Notes under the pieces: generated by a model
The model's database searches: none
The model's input: only the letters and a program-made list of their open reading frames with translations
What the model was told of the DNA's origin: nothing
Position numbers and translations under genes: made by a program
Part shown: positions 20,666-30,372 of the stretch, piece after piece
How positions within the stretch are numbered: position 1 is the first letter of the stretch
Layout of the letters: every line of letters starts with the position of its first letter
NCBI GenBank assembly: GCA_016839555.1
Contig: JAEOUA010000006.1
Span: 192,001-256,000 of the forward strand
Direction of reading: 5' to 3'
From: Promethearchaeota archaeon
GTDB taxonomy: Archaea > Asgardarchaeota > Lokiarchaeia > Sigyniarchaeales > SOKP01
Length of the DNA stretch: 64,000 nucleotides

Positions 20666-21838
20666 TCATTCAGGTATTTTTATTGGGTATTGTCCATATT
20701 TACGCTTAACATTCTGCATTGCTTCAAATCTATCAACTGTTACCGCTGGATTAATGGAATGCCCTGAACTGAAGATATATCCCCCACCTGGTGCTAATTC
20801 ACGGATTAACTTTTTAGAATACGCTCTTATTTCATTAATTTCTCCTATTGCGAGCATTATAGGGCTTACATTTCCAACAAAAGTAATCTTATCTCCATAC
20901 TTCGCATGCAACTTAAAGATGTTATAATCGGGATTAGCTGTCGTTGGTTCAATAGGGTTAATTGCATCAATTCCGCAATTGACAATATCATCGAAAATTT
21001 CCATTAAATCCCCATCAGAATGTAATAATATCTTACAATTGCGTTTATGGGCCGCATCACATATCCTTGTTAACCAAGGAAAAATGTATTTTCGATATAA
21101 TGCGGGTCGCATAAATAAACCATTCTTAAAGCCGTAGTCATCCCAAAGTATTACTAATTTCGCATCATTTTCTGCCAATATCTTCACCAATTCCAGCGTG
21201 AACTCTCCCCTATCATCAAAAATCTTTTTTGCGTGTTTATGTTTTCCGAGAATCCTTGAAAACGTTTCCAATCCAAATCCTTCCCATGTACACTCCATTA
21301 AGGCCCCGGTTGCGGGAACTGAAAAAATTTCATTGTTTAACTCCTCTTGTACTTCTCTACCAGCATAAAATGAATTTAGACGTGCTTCTGAATGGGGATC
21401 AGGTAGTTCATAACTTTCATAATCCTCAAAACTGTTAAAATGGCCCCCATAATACCCTAATATTGGTGTCCCGTCTTTTTCATAATATTCAAATTTCATA
21501 ATTCTTCCATACTCATCGATAAATCCTTTTCCTCCCTTTAAGATTACTCTTGGGAATAATGATGAAGCAGTTATTTGAATATCAAGGTCCATGCGTCGGA
21601 ATAATTCATGCGAATAGCGGTATTCCGCTTTTATAATATTCTTTTTTTTCATAAAGTATCGTAAAATACGATTCTTAAAGGGGAGATATTTCAAAATAGA
21701 TAATCCATAATCCCCTTTAGTTGGTTCTAACCCGTACTGCTTAGTTATAGTATTATTAGTGAACGCACTTTCCCATGCGGGGACTTTATCTGGTTCTTCA
21801 TGCTCAATTGTCGTTAATACTCTAGTTTGTGCATCCAT
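20666..21838 (-). CDS. Uroporphyrinogen decarboxylase (URO-D/MtaA-CmuA-like) family protein
   Basis: EPDKVP, WDDYG, LHSDG and GGGYIFSSGHSI motifs. Confidence 0.88.
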   Translation of the reverse strand: MDAQTRVLTTIEHEEPDKVPAWESAFTNNTITKQYGLEPTKGDYGLSILKYLPFKNRILRYFMKKKNIIKAEYRYSHELFRRMDLDIQITASSLFPRVILKGGKGFIDEYGRIMKFEYYEKDGTPILGYYGGHFNSFEDYESYELPDPHSEARLNSFYAGREVQEELNNEIFSVPATGALMECTWEGFGLETFSRILGKHKHAKKIFDDRGEFTLELVKILAENDAKLVILWDDYGFKNGLFMRPALYRKYIFPWLTRICDAAHKRNCKILLHSDGDLMEIFDDIVNCGIDAINPIEPTTANPDYNIFKLHAKYGDKITFVGNVSPIMLAIGEINEIRAYSKKLIRELAPGGGYIFSSGHSINPAVTVDRFEAMQNVKRKYGQYPIKIPE

Positions 21839-22037
21839 TTTTATTCATTTTAAAAAAATATTCTTAATTAAAAACCTTGCTTAATTTAAAACGTTTTCTT
21901 TATTATAATTAGGAATGACTATATAGACCAATTATAATATTAAAGCTATAATGAGAGTAAGATAAATATTCCAGTTTTTAAAAAAATATAAGTCAGAAAA
22001 AAATGGAAAAAAAAGAAAATATAAATTTAATTATTAT

Positions 22038-22829
22038 TTAAAATTCATAACCGCAATTGCGGCATAGGTGTTTCTTACCATACATAGGTGTTTGGCCGAG
22101 GTAGCTGATTACTTTCGATTTATCTTCGACTGTTCGAATATCCTTCCCGACAGCACCACATTTTGGGCACGAAATCCGTTCTCTTCCTCCAGTTACTTTT
22201 TCTACTTCGGGAGGTTCGTAAAATTGTAATTTTTTCTGAGCCTCTTTCAAATTTTCTTTGGTATTTTCAAGAGTGGTTGTTAATTCTGAAATTTTTTTAT
22301 CTCTTTGATCTATTGTAGTAGTGGCTTGCTGTAATTGTTGTTTTATATCAGATAAATCCTCAGCCTTTTGAGTTCCTTTCTGTAGTTTTTGTTTAACTTC
22401 TGACAATTCTCCTTGAAGAGTTGAGATATTTTCTTTAGAACTATCTAATGAGGTGGTCAATCTACTTTTCTCATTTTCAAGACTTCCAACTTGGCTTGTG
22501 AGTGCCTCTACTTTGGGAGTTAAATTCTCTACTTTCGAATTTAATTCTGCATTTTGAGAACGCAAATCCTCTAGTTTGGAGGTTAAATCACTATTTTGGG
22601 TATTTAATTCATTAATTTTTTGATCTTTTTCGGTGCCTTTTTGCCTAGATTCTTCAAGATTTTGAGTGGTCGTCGCTAACTTTTCTTTAGTCTCAGCTAA
22701 ATCACTTTTTAATTTGGAAAGGTCTCTCTCAAGGTCATTAAGTTTTTTACGTAAATCTAATAACATTTTACCCTCAACCTTTTGAGGCTTATCGGGTCTT
22801 TCTTCCACCTTTTGCCAATCTATAGACAT
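22038..22829 (-). CDS. Coiled-coil protein with C-terminal Zn ribbon (paralog 1)
   Basis: MSIDWQK head, long heptad rod, CPKC...CRNCGYEF. Confidence 0.85.
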   Translation of the reverse strand: MSIDWQKVEERPDKPQKVEGKMLLDLRKKLNDLERDLSKLKSDLAETKEKLATTTQNLEESRQKGTEKDQKINELNTQNSDLTSKLEDLRSQNAELNSKVENLTPKVEALTSQVGSLENEKSRLTTSLDSSKENISTLQGELSEVKQKLQKGTQKAEDLSDIKQQLQQATTTIDQRDKKISELTTTLENTKENLKEAQKKLQFYEPPEVEKVTGGRERISCPKCGAVGKDIRTVEDKSKVISYLGQTPMYGKKHLCRNCGYEF

Positions 22830-23012
22830 AATTGATTCACACTTGGTTTATGATATATTAAGATTTATGTTATATAATAATTTCGATACTCATTTAATTT
22901 CGTAGTAATATTATAATTAATAAATCAAGAATTAATATATCTTTTTTTTTTAAATTATTATTGTAATTCTTCTCTTCTAATATAAATTATTCTCATTTAC
23001 CTATTTCTTAAG

Positions 23013-23903
23013 CTAGAATTCTGTCCCACATTTTTTACACACGCGCTTCTTCGCATAAATTCTCGATTGTCCCATATAACTTATCACTTTTGTTCGATCT
23101 TCCATCGTTTTAATATCTTTCCCAACGGCTCCGCACTTGGGACATGCAATACGTTCTTTTATTGGTTCTTCTTCTTTCCTTGCTGAGGGTCTTCTAAAGG
23201 TTGTTTGTTCTTTTAGGACTGGTTTTTCTTTAATAGCTCCTGTTTGTTGAACTGGTATCGTTCCTTTCAAAAGATCCTTGGTTCCTTCAAATTTTGAGTT
23301 TAATTCTGAAATTTTTGTCTTTTTTTGATTAATCTGATTAATTGCTCGCTCTAATTGTTCTTTTATTCTTGTTAATTCAAGGTTTTCGGATGATTTTTCT
23401 TTAGCCATTTCCGAGAGCTGCGTAGATAGTGTTTGTGTTTTTGTAGTTAATTCTCGGATCGATTCGTTTGAATTCTGTAATCTGAGGTTAAATTCTGAAA
23501 TCTGAGCATCTTTTAGTTTAATCTTTGCATTCGCATCTTCTAAGTTTAGTTTATATTGGGCTACTTCTTCCTCTAACTTTTCTGACGACATAGTAGCTTG
23601 AGTAAGTTGCATTTCAAGATCCTTTACTTTAGTTGTATAGAGTTTAAGTCTCTGATTTAATTCGTTAACTTGTTGATTTAAATCTTCAACTATTTTTTCC
23701 TTCACTTGTAAACTTCGCTGTGTTTGTTCGAGTTCTTTTGTAATGGAAATTAATTTTTTTTCAGTTTCAAATTGTTGGTTCTGAGTCTGAGCAAGTTGTT
23801 TTTCTAGCCTCTCGTTTTCATTTCGAATGTTTAATAAGGTTTGACCCTCAATTTTTAATTTCTTATTTGGGTTTTCTTCCGCCTTTTGCCAATCAATACT
23901 CAT
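23013..23903 (-). CDS. Coiled-coil protein with C-terminal Zn ribbon (paralog 2)
   Basis: MSIDWQK head, heptad rod, CPKC...CKKCGTEF. Confidence 0.85.
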   Translation of the reverse strand: MSIDWQKAEENPNKKLKIEGQTLLNIRNENERLEKQLAQTQNQQFETEKKLISITKELEQTQRSLQVKEKIVEDLNQQVNELNQRLKLYTTKVKDLEMQLTQATMSSEKLEEEVAQYKLNLEDANAKIKLKDAQISEFNLRLQNSNESIRELTTKTQTLSTQLSEMAKEKSSENLELTRIKEQLERAINQINQKKTKISELNSKFEGTKDLLKGTIPVQQTGAIKEKPVLKEQTTFRRPSARKEEEPIKERIACPKCGAVGKDIKTMEDRTKVISYMGQSRIYAKKRVCKKCGTEF

Positions 23904-24073
23904 AAATTATCTCACAATTATTCTAATAAGATGATTGTCTTAATATATCTTTTTTTTTTTGTATCTTATAAATTTTATTTCTAAGATGAAAAATCTATTT
24001 TTTTATACAAAAAGATGATTTCACCTTTGCGGTTTACAAATGATGTGTTAAATAACCTTTGATCCTTATGTAA

Positions 24074-24898
24074 TTAAAATTCTGTACCACATTTTTTACA
24101 CACACGTTTCTTTGCGTAGATACGCATTTGACCTTGATATCTGAGAACTTTTGATCGATCCTCCATTGTTTTAAGATCTCTTCCAAAAGCACCACATTTG
24201 GGACAACGGACTCTCTCATCTATTGCTGTGGGTTCCTCAATCTCTACTTCAGGTGGAGGATTATATAACTCATCAATTGGATGATCAGATTTTTCCATTT
24301 TTAAGATAAGATTTTTCAAAGCGGTCGATTTTCCTTCAAGTTGCGATGTCAATTCTGAAATTTCCGAGTCTTTTTCCTGAAGTTGTAATGATAACTCCGA
24401 AATCTTCTGATCCTTTTGGTCAGTTTTTGGCACGATCATTTTTTTTTCTTCTAATTGAGCGGATAATGCCGAAATACGTCCTTCTTGTTTATTAATAGTT
24501 TGATGAGCTTCTTTTAATTTTTGATTGGAATGGTCTAACTTTAACTTAAGATTTGCTATTTCTTCGTTATAATCATATGAAATAGAAGATAATTTATCTA
24601 AACTGATTTCAAGATCTTTAATTTGAGTGGCATATGATTCTAAGGTTTGATTTAATTCTAGTATTTGCGAGACCAAATCTTCATTAGCTTTTTCTTTTTC
24701 TGCAGCTTTTCTTTCGCTCTCCTCTAAATCTCTAGAAATCTGTTCTAAAATTTCTTTCGTATGAGATAATTCATCTTTTGTTTCAATAAGCTCTCTTTCA
24801 AGGTTGTTTGTTAACTCTCGTAAACCTATTAATTCTTTCCCGTCTATTTTTTGTTTTTTATCAGGCTTTTCTTCTGCCTCTTGCCAATTTATAGACAT
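24074..24898 (-). CDS. Coiled-coil protein with C-terminal Zn ribbon (paralog 3)
   Basis: MSINWQE head, heptad rod, CPKC...CKKCGTEF. Confidence 0.85.
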   Translation of the reverse strand: MSINWQEAEEKPDKKQKIDGKELIGLRELTNNLERELIETKDELSHTKEILEQISRDLEESERKAAEKEKANEDLVSQILELNQTLESYATQIKDLEISLDKLSSISYDYNEEIANLKLKLDHSNQKLKEAHQTINKQEGRISALSAQLEEKKMIVPKTDQKDQKISELSLQLQEKDSEISELTSQLEGKSTALKNLILKMEKSDHPIDELYNPPPEVEIEEPTAIDERVRCPKCGAFGRDLKTMEDRSKVLRYQGQMRIYAKKRVCKKCGTEF

Positions 24899-25173
24899 AA
24901 CTAAGTCATAAATAATAAGAGCAATTTATTTATATAAATTTTGTCCTCTTAAATCAAAAAATTATTTGAATAAAAATTCAATATTTTAGATAATAACATC
25001 TGCAGGATATATGAAAAAATATAGCTGGTAAACGATTTAATTGTGTCTTTTTTATTATTTTGAGATAAGAACTCAATAATTAATCTATTTATATGGAAAT
25101 TTATCTAGATCAAATTTTAAGTAGCATTGCTTTAAAGTTTATTAAACTTCAGCAAAATTATATTTTACTACTT

Positions 25174-26394
25174 TTATTTTAAATAATTAAGAGCTGTTAA
25201 GGCATATATTTTGGTTAAATTAATCAAATCTTTAACATAAACAAATTCATCCTCCGCATGCACCTTATTTTCTGGTCGGATTGAGCCAATGAGAATGGTT
25301 TCAATGCCTTTTTCTTGGAACCAATGTGCATCTGTTGTAGGAATAAAAGTTGCAACTTTTCGGGGTTCTCCATATACACTTCTAATAGAGTGCTGAACGG
25401 CAGTTGCAAATTCTGAGTTTTCATCAATTAAGCCGGGATCGAATACGATGGGCATCTGAACAGTGATGTCTAAAAGCGGATCCTCTTCTTTCATACGTTC
25501 CACATATTCTAGAATTCGTTCTTTGATAGGCATAACATTTTGTTCCGGAATTGTATTAATACTGCAATGTAGAAAACACTTCCCCGGCACAATAGAAATC
25601 TTATTTCCTCCATGTATTTCGGCCAAATTTAGATCGCTTATTTTTGAAGGTAATCCTGGAGGCATGGGATATTTAGTCTCATTTTTATTCAATTCTTCCT
25701 TAAGCTCAATAAGAAAATTCATTAATTTAACCATTCGCTGGATGGCGTTAATTCCAGAATATTCATTACGGTATGGTTCTGGGACATCTGGAGCATTCAT
25801 TCCATGTGCTTGTTTTCCATTGATGGTAAAAGTCGCAAAAATAGCTCCACCTGTATATCCAATCGGATTTTCTGCGGGAGCATCTCCTAATAAGCATGAA
25901 TCGCCTTGAATGATATTTTTATCAAGTAAATATTCTATACCCCGAAGTCCACCCGTTTCTTCATCTATCACTGCAGCTATAGTTAATTTTCCATGAAGTT
26001 CTACTCCTGCTTGTTGTAAAGCTTTTGCGGCAAAAAGTTCAGCGGTAACACAAGATTTATCATCAGAAGATCCTCGACCATAAATTTTATCATTAATATG
26101 TTCACCACCGAATGGATTCTTCGTCCAACCTTTGAATGTTTCTACTGTATCCATATGTCCGTAAAAAATAAGAGATTTGCCATCTTCCCCTCCAAGCTCT
26201 CCAATGACATTGTTCCTTTTAAGCTTTGGATTTAATCCTAGTTCTTGCATCTTTGCTTTTGTAAACTTGGCTATCTCTTTATATTGAGAAGGGGGATTTT
26301 CTGAGGGAATTTGGACAATTTTTTGATGAAATTGAATGATTTCATCCTTCATTTTATCTATTATTTCCAAAACATTCTTTTCTTGTTCATTCAT
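25174..26394 (-). CDS. M20-family metallopeptidase/deacylase (ArgE/DapE-like)
   Basis: GHMDTV, YGRGSSDDKS, DEETGG and VHAEDE motifs. Confidence 0.92.
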   Translation of the reverse strand: MNEQEKNVLEIIDKMKDEIIQFHQKIVQIPSENPPSQYKEIAKFTKAKMQELGLNPKLKRNNVIGELGGEDGKSLIFYGHMDTVETFKGWTKNPFGGEHINDKIYGRGSSDDKSCVTAELFAAKALQQAGVELHGKLTIAAVIDEETGGLRGIEYLLDKNIIQGDSCLLGDAPAENPIGYTGGAIFATFTINGKQAHGMNAPDVPEPYRNEYSGINAIQRMVKLMNFLIELKEELNKNETKYPMPPGLPSKISDLNLAEIHGGNKISIVPGKCFLHCSINTIPEQNVMPIKERILEYVERMKEEDPLLDITVQMPIVFDPGLIDENSEFATAVQHSIRSVYGEPRKVATFIPTTDAHWFQEKGIETILIGSIRPENKVHAEDEFVYVKDLINLTKIYALTALNYLK

Positions 26395-26499
26395 AAGAGG
26401 TCTTTAATATAGGTTTAATCAGATTAAATAATTATATATGAGTGTTATGAATTTATAAACTTTTAAATCCTTATGAAAATAAAATAAAAGGATTTAGCA

Positions 26500-27387
26500 T
26501 CAAAAATCTTTTCCATAAATCTCTTTAAGATATTTTTCGATAAGCGGCTTATATTCATTGGGATCATGTTTTTGAATTTTATTTAATAAAGACTTTGCTT
26601 TAGCATTTTTCGCGTCCAATTTTAATAGAAAATTACACGCATCATATGCCGTATCATATATTTTCATTTGGTAAGAGACTAAGGCTAGATTATACCAATT
26701 AATTAGATCCTTTGGAGCCACATCAAATCCAATATGGAAGTAATCGTTCAGCTTTATACAACCTTCAATATATTTGGAAACTTCTTCTGAGGGGCGAATC
26801 ACATTCATATGACCATCACATAAGATATCCACATCTAATTTTGATAATTCTAGCAAAGATTTCTCAAACTCATCATGATTTCCCCCTATTGATTCGATTC
26901 CTCCCCCACAAATATCTCCCGAAAACAAAACTTTATCCTTATTGATTGACATCAAAAATGCCATTCCGCCGGAGGAATGTCCAGGGATGTGATATGCCTT
27001 AATAGAATACGGTCCAAATTTTAAGCTACTAGTTTTATCCGTGAATAGATCCGTTATCTTGAAATTTAGATCTTGATCCTTATTAATATAAGATTGGATC
27101 ATTTTAGAATCCTTTATATGCGCATAAAAACGCATTATGGGATTTAACTTAATTAATTCTTTACATCCCTCCACGTGATCATAGTGTCCATGTGTAATTA
27201 AACAGTGTTTCACATTCTTGGGGTTTAATCCAATCTTTGCTAGTTCCTTTTCAAAATCAAATCCAATGCCGGTATCGATAAGGACTAACTCCTCCACACT
27301 ATTGGTATTTAAAAGATAGATTGTACTTGAGGGTTCCCCTATCGTGCATTCTTTAAGAATATAAAGATTGTTTAGTATTTGTCGCAA
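26500..27387 (-). CDS. MBL-fold hydrolase with C-terminal TPR-like repeat
   Basis: THGHYDH, PGHS, SGD, DGH; WYNLALVSY...LKLDAKN TPR pattern. Confidence 0.85.
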   Translation of the reverse strand: MRQILNNLYILKECTIGEPSSTIYLLNTNSVEELVLIDTGIGFDFEKELAKIGLNPKNVKHCLITHGHYDHVEGCKELIKLNPIMRFYAHIKDSKMIQSYINKDQDLNFKITDLFTDKTSSLKFGPYSIKAYHIPGHSSGGMAFLMSINKDKVLFSGDICGGGIESIGGNHDEFEKSLLELSKLDVDILCDGHMNVIRPSEEVSKYIEGCIKLNDYFHIGFDVAPKDLINWYNLALVSYQMKIYDTAYDACNFLLKLDAKNAKAKSLLNKIQKHDPNEYKPLIEKYLKEIYGKDF

Positions 27388-27575
27388 ATTGAAATAAACC
27401 TGAACATTAGATTAAAAAAATATATAATATATCTTTATTAATTAATTATTTTTTTTATTGTTTAAGAAAAAATTAATTTCTTTTCTGATGAACAATGGAT
27501 ACATTTTTCATCTTCATCCAAAAAAATATATAGTAATAAGTAAATTATAAAAATAAGAAAAAAGGTGTTGAAAGG

Positions 27576-28388
27576 ATGGAATACTTTATCCCCACAGAAG
27601 AGAAAAAATTAAAAGATTATGACCCTGAGATCGTTGCATGGGAGAGGGAAGAATTGGGAGATCTTCAAACTCCGTTAACGTATAAATTTCCCTCTTATGG
27701 TGAAAATATTAAAGAAAAAAAATTTTTCACTGTAAAAGATTATGAAACGGCTTTATTTTATAATAAGGGTGAATTAATTGGCGTGCTTAAAGGTGGAATG
27801 TATGAACTAAAAGAAGAAGGGAAAGTAAAAGGGACGGAAATAGTATGGGTCGATACTTCCCTTCTCAATATCCCTTGGACCATCCCAAATAAGACCGGTA
27901 TCCCTACAAGAGAGGGCTATATGATTGGACTCGAAGGGGATCTTAAACTTAGGATAAATGATGCAAAAATTTTTTATAATGATATTGTTGCGGGAAAAAA
28001 AATGTGGACGGTTCAAGACCTCAGGGATTGGATTATGAGCACTTTAATCACTTCCTTAAGGGATATTTTCAAAGATTATACCATGAGAAATATATTTCTG
28101 GAAAAACGCGATAGAGTAATTAATTTAGTTATTTCAAAAATTACAGAAGAATTTGCCCAGTTTGGATTAGAACTTATTACATTCAATATCTTAAATATTG
28201 ATACACCAAAAGATATGGAAGAAATCTTATATTCTAATAGACCTTTTGGTCAAAGAATCGTTAGGCGATTTATTGATAGATGGAACGAATTTTCTGCAAG
28301 AGTTAGAAATTTTTCCAAAAGAGTTGATGATTGGTTTAATGAAAGTAGAGAGGACATATTAAACAGTAAAAAAAAGGAACCAGATTAA
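27576..28388 (+). CDS. SPFH/band-7-like domain protein without TM anchor
   Basis: FTVKDYETALF...GGMY and FAQFGLELITFNILNIDTP patterns. Confidence 0.75.
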   Translation: MEYFIPTEEKKLKDYDPEIVAWEREELGDLQTPLTYKFPSYGENIKEKKFFTVKDYETALFYNKGELIGVLKGGMYELKEEGKVKGTEIVWVDTSLLNIPWTIPNKTGIPTREGYMIGLEGDLKLRINDAKIFYNDIVAGKKMWTVQDLRDWIMSTLITSLRDIFKDYTMRNIFLEKRDRVINLVISKITEEFAQFGLELITFNILNIDTPKDMEEILYSNRPFGQRIVRRFIDRWNEFSARVRNFSKRVDDWFNESREDILNSKKKEPD

Positions 28389-28488
28389 ATTATTAAAAAA
28401 ATTATAATCATAAATCCCTTAAGCTTTTTATTTTATATTGAATGCTCACCATTAATCACTAATAAAATAATAATTAGAGAGCTATACG

Positions 28489-28992
28489 ATGAAAAAATCA
28501 TTCAGCATAGTCTTAATAGGAATGCCTGGATCGGGAAAGAGCACTATAGGTCAATTATTAGCGAATAAATTGGATTTTGAATTTATAGAACCTGACAAAT
28601 ACATAGAGGAAAAAGAACAAATGAATTTACAGGAAATCTTAGATAGGAAAGGTATTAATGAATTTATTAAAATTGAGCAAGAAAGAATTTTAGAATTACT
28701 TCCACTTAAAAATTACATTATTGCCCCCGGGGGAAGTGTTATTTATTCTAATAAAGTGATGGAGACTGTCCAAAAATCCTCCATTATAATATTTTTAGAT
28801 GTACCTTTAAAAATTCTTCACGCACGATTAAAGAATAAGGAAACGAGAGGTATTGTAGGATTAAAAAATGTTTCTATAAAAAATCTTTATGAAGAAAGAG
28901 TACCCTTATATAAGAAGTATGCTGATATTGTAATTTCTTGTGCTGGGAAGAATCCACTGGAAATTGTCGATGAAATCATTCAGAAATTATAA
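28489..28992 (+). CDS. aroK: Shikimate kinase (bacterial AroK/NMP-kinase type)
   Basis: LIGMPGSGKST, PGGS and ERVPLYKKYAD motifs. Confidence 0.85.
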   Translation: MKKSFSIVLIGMPGSGKSTIGQLLANKLDFEFIEPDKYIEEKEQMNLQEILDRKGINEFIKIEQERILELLPLKNYIIAPGGSVIYSNKVMETVQKSSIIIFLDVPLKILHARLKNKETRGIVGLKNVSIKNLYEERVPLYKKYADIVISCAGKNPLEIVDEIIQKL

Positions 28993-29071
28993 ATTTTTTA
29001 TAGGAGCATAATCCAATTTCATTAGAGTACTTAATAATATACAAAAACTATTAACAATTAATAAAGATAGA

Positions 29072-29794
29072 ATGATGAAGAAAAAAGCATCTTGCGTTGT
29101 TATTTTTAGCGGAGGGCAAGACTCTACAACTTGTCTTGTATGGGCGTTAAAAAAATTCGATAAAGTATCTGTTATTAGCTTTAATTATGGGCAAAGACAT
29201 AAAATCGAATTAGAGTGTGCTAAAAATATTATTGATATTTTGAAATCGAGAGAAAAACACCAGATTGAATGGCTCGGAGGGAATCAAATTGTTGAATATA
29301 AAATCGTAGATATATCATTTGTGTCTGATTTATTACAAACGGCTATGATTCAGGAAGAAGAAATCACTTATGATGAAGAAACAGGGCTTCCAACTACTTT
29401 TGTCCCCGGAAGAAATATTCTATTCATAACCGTTGCAGCAGCCTATTCATACCAAAAAGAGATAAAGCATTTAGTAGCCGGAGTTTGCCAAACCGATTAT
29501 TCAGGATATCCAGACTGTAGAGATGCTACTATAAAATCCCTACAAGCCACTCTGAAATTAGGGTTGGATTATGACATCATTATTCATACTCCGCTTATGT
29601 GGAAAACTAAGGCAGACACCATTAAATTAATGGAAAAATTAGGGGGATTAGAATTATATAAATATACTCATACTTGTTATAGGGGAGAACGGCCAGCTTG
29701 TGGCAAATGTTTTGCATGCCAGCTTAGATTAATGGGCTTTAAAGAGGCAGGATTAGAAGATCCATTAGAATATAAAAGTAGAGAAATTATTTAA
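29072..29794 (+). CDS. queC: 7-cyano-7-deazaguanine synthase
   Basis: FSGGQDSTT, TFVPGRN, YSGYPDCR and TCY...CGKCFAC motifs. Confidence 0.96.
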   Translation: MMKKKASCVVIFSGGQDSTTCLVWALKKFDKVSVISFNYGQRHKIELECAKNIIDILKSREKHQIEWLGGNQIVEYKIVDISFVSDLLQTAMIQEEEITYDEETGLPTTFVPGRNILFITVAAAYSYQKEIKHLVAGVCQTDYSGYPDCRDATIKSLQATLKLGLDYDIIIHTPLMWKTKADTIKLMEKLGGLELYKYTHTCYRGERPACGKCFACQLRLMGFKEAGLEDPLEYKSREII

Positions 29795-29808
29795 AATAAT
29801 CTAAGAAA

Positions 29809-30264
29809 TTATTCATGATATATAGCCATACTGCTTTTAGATTCTCCCACTTTTACGATAATTTCTTTGTTTGAATAAATCTCCTTCAATTTATCATGAA
29901 TATATTTCGCTAATAGCTCACTGGTGGTGGCAGGTAATGGTAATAAAGAAACATCAGATTTAGGAAACACATATCTTTTTTTAGGGGTTTTGACCTCAAT
30001 AGAATCACCGTCTTCTTTAATTTTTATATCAACAGCTTGAGTCGGGACGAGAATATAGTGATCTAAGGGTTCTACAATGGCCTTTAATTCTTTCTTAAGT
30101 TCCATAAAATCAATGACAAAATAATTTTCATCCAATTTACCGCCGACTTCCACAGAGACGTAATAATTATGACCGTGTAATCTTGAGCATTTGGGATGTT
30201 CTTTAAGAAAATGACACGCGCTAAATTTAACCTTTGATTCATTTACAATTATTTTATAACTCAT
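29809..30264 (-). CDS. queD: 6-carboxytetrahydropterin synthase
   Basis: FSACH, CSRLHGHNY, LDH and TSELLA motifs. Confidence 0.92.
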   Translation of the reverse strand: MSYKIIVNESKVKFSACHFLKEHPKCSRLHGHNYYVSVEVGGKLDENYFVIDFMELKKELKAIVEPLDHYILVPTQAVDIKIKEDGDSIEVKTPKKRYVFPKSDVSLLPLPATTSELLAKYIHDKLKEIYSNKEIIVKVGESKSSMAIYHE

Positions 30265-30372
30265 TTTATTATCCTGTAGGTTTGAATAATTTACTCTAAT
30301 TAAATTTTTTCACAGATTTTTATTTAATGGTATTTTTGTTAAGTAATATAATTTTTAATTGACTTAATAATT

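Noticed and set aside
22038-24898. SMC/chromosome-partition annotation for the coiled-coil proteins
   Set aside because: No Walker A/B, signature motif or hinge; far too short
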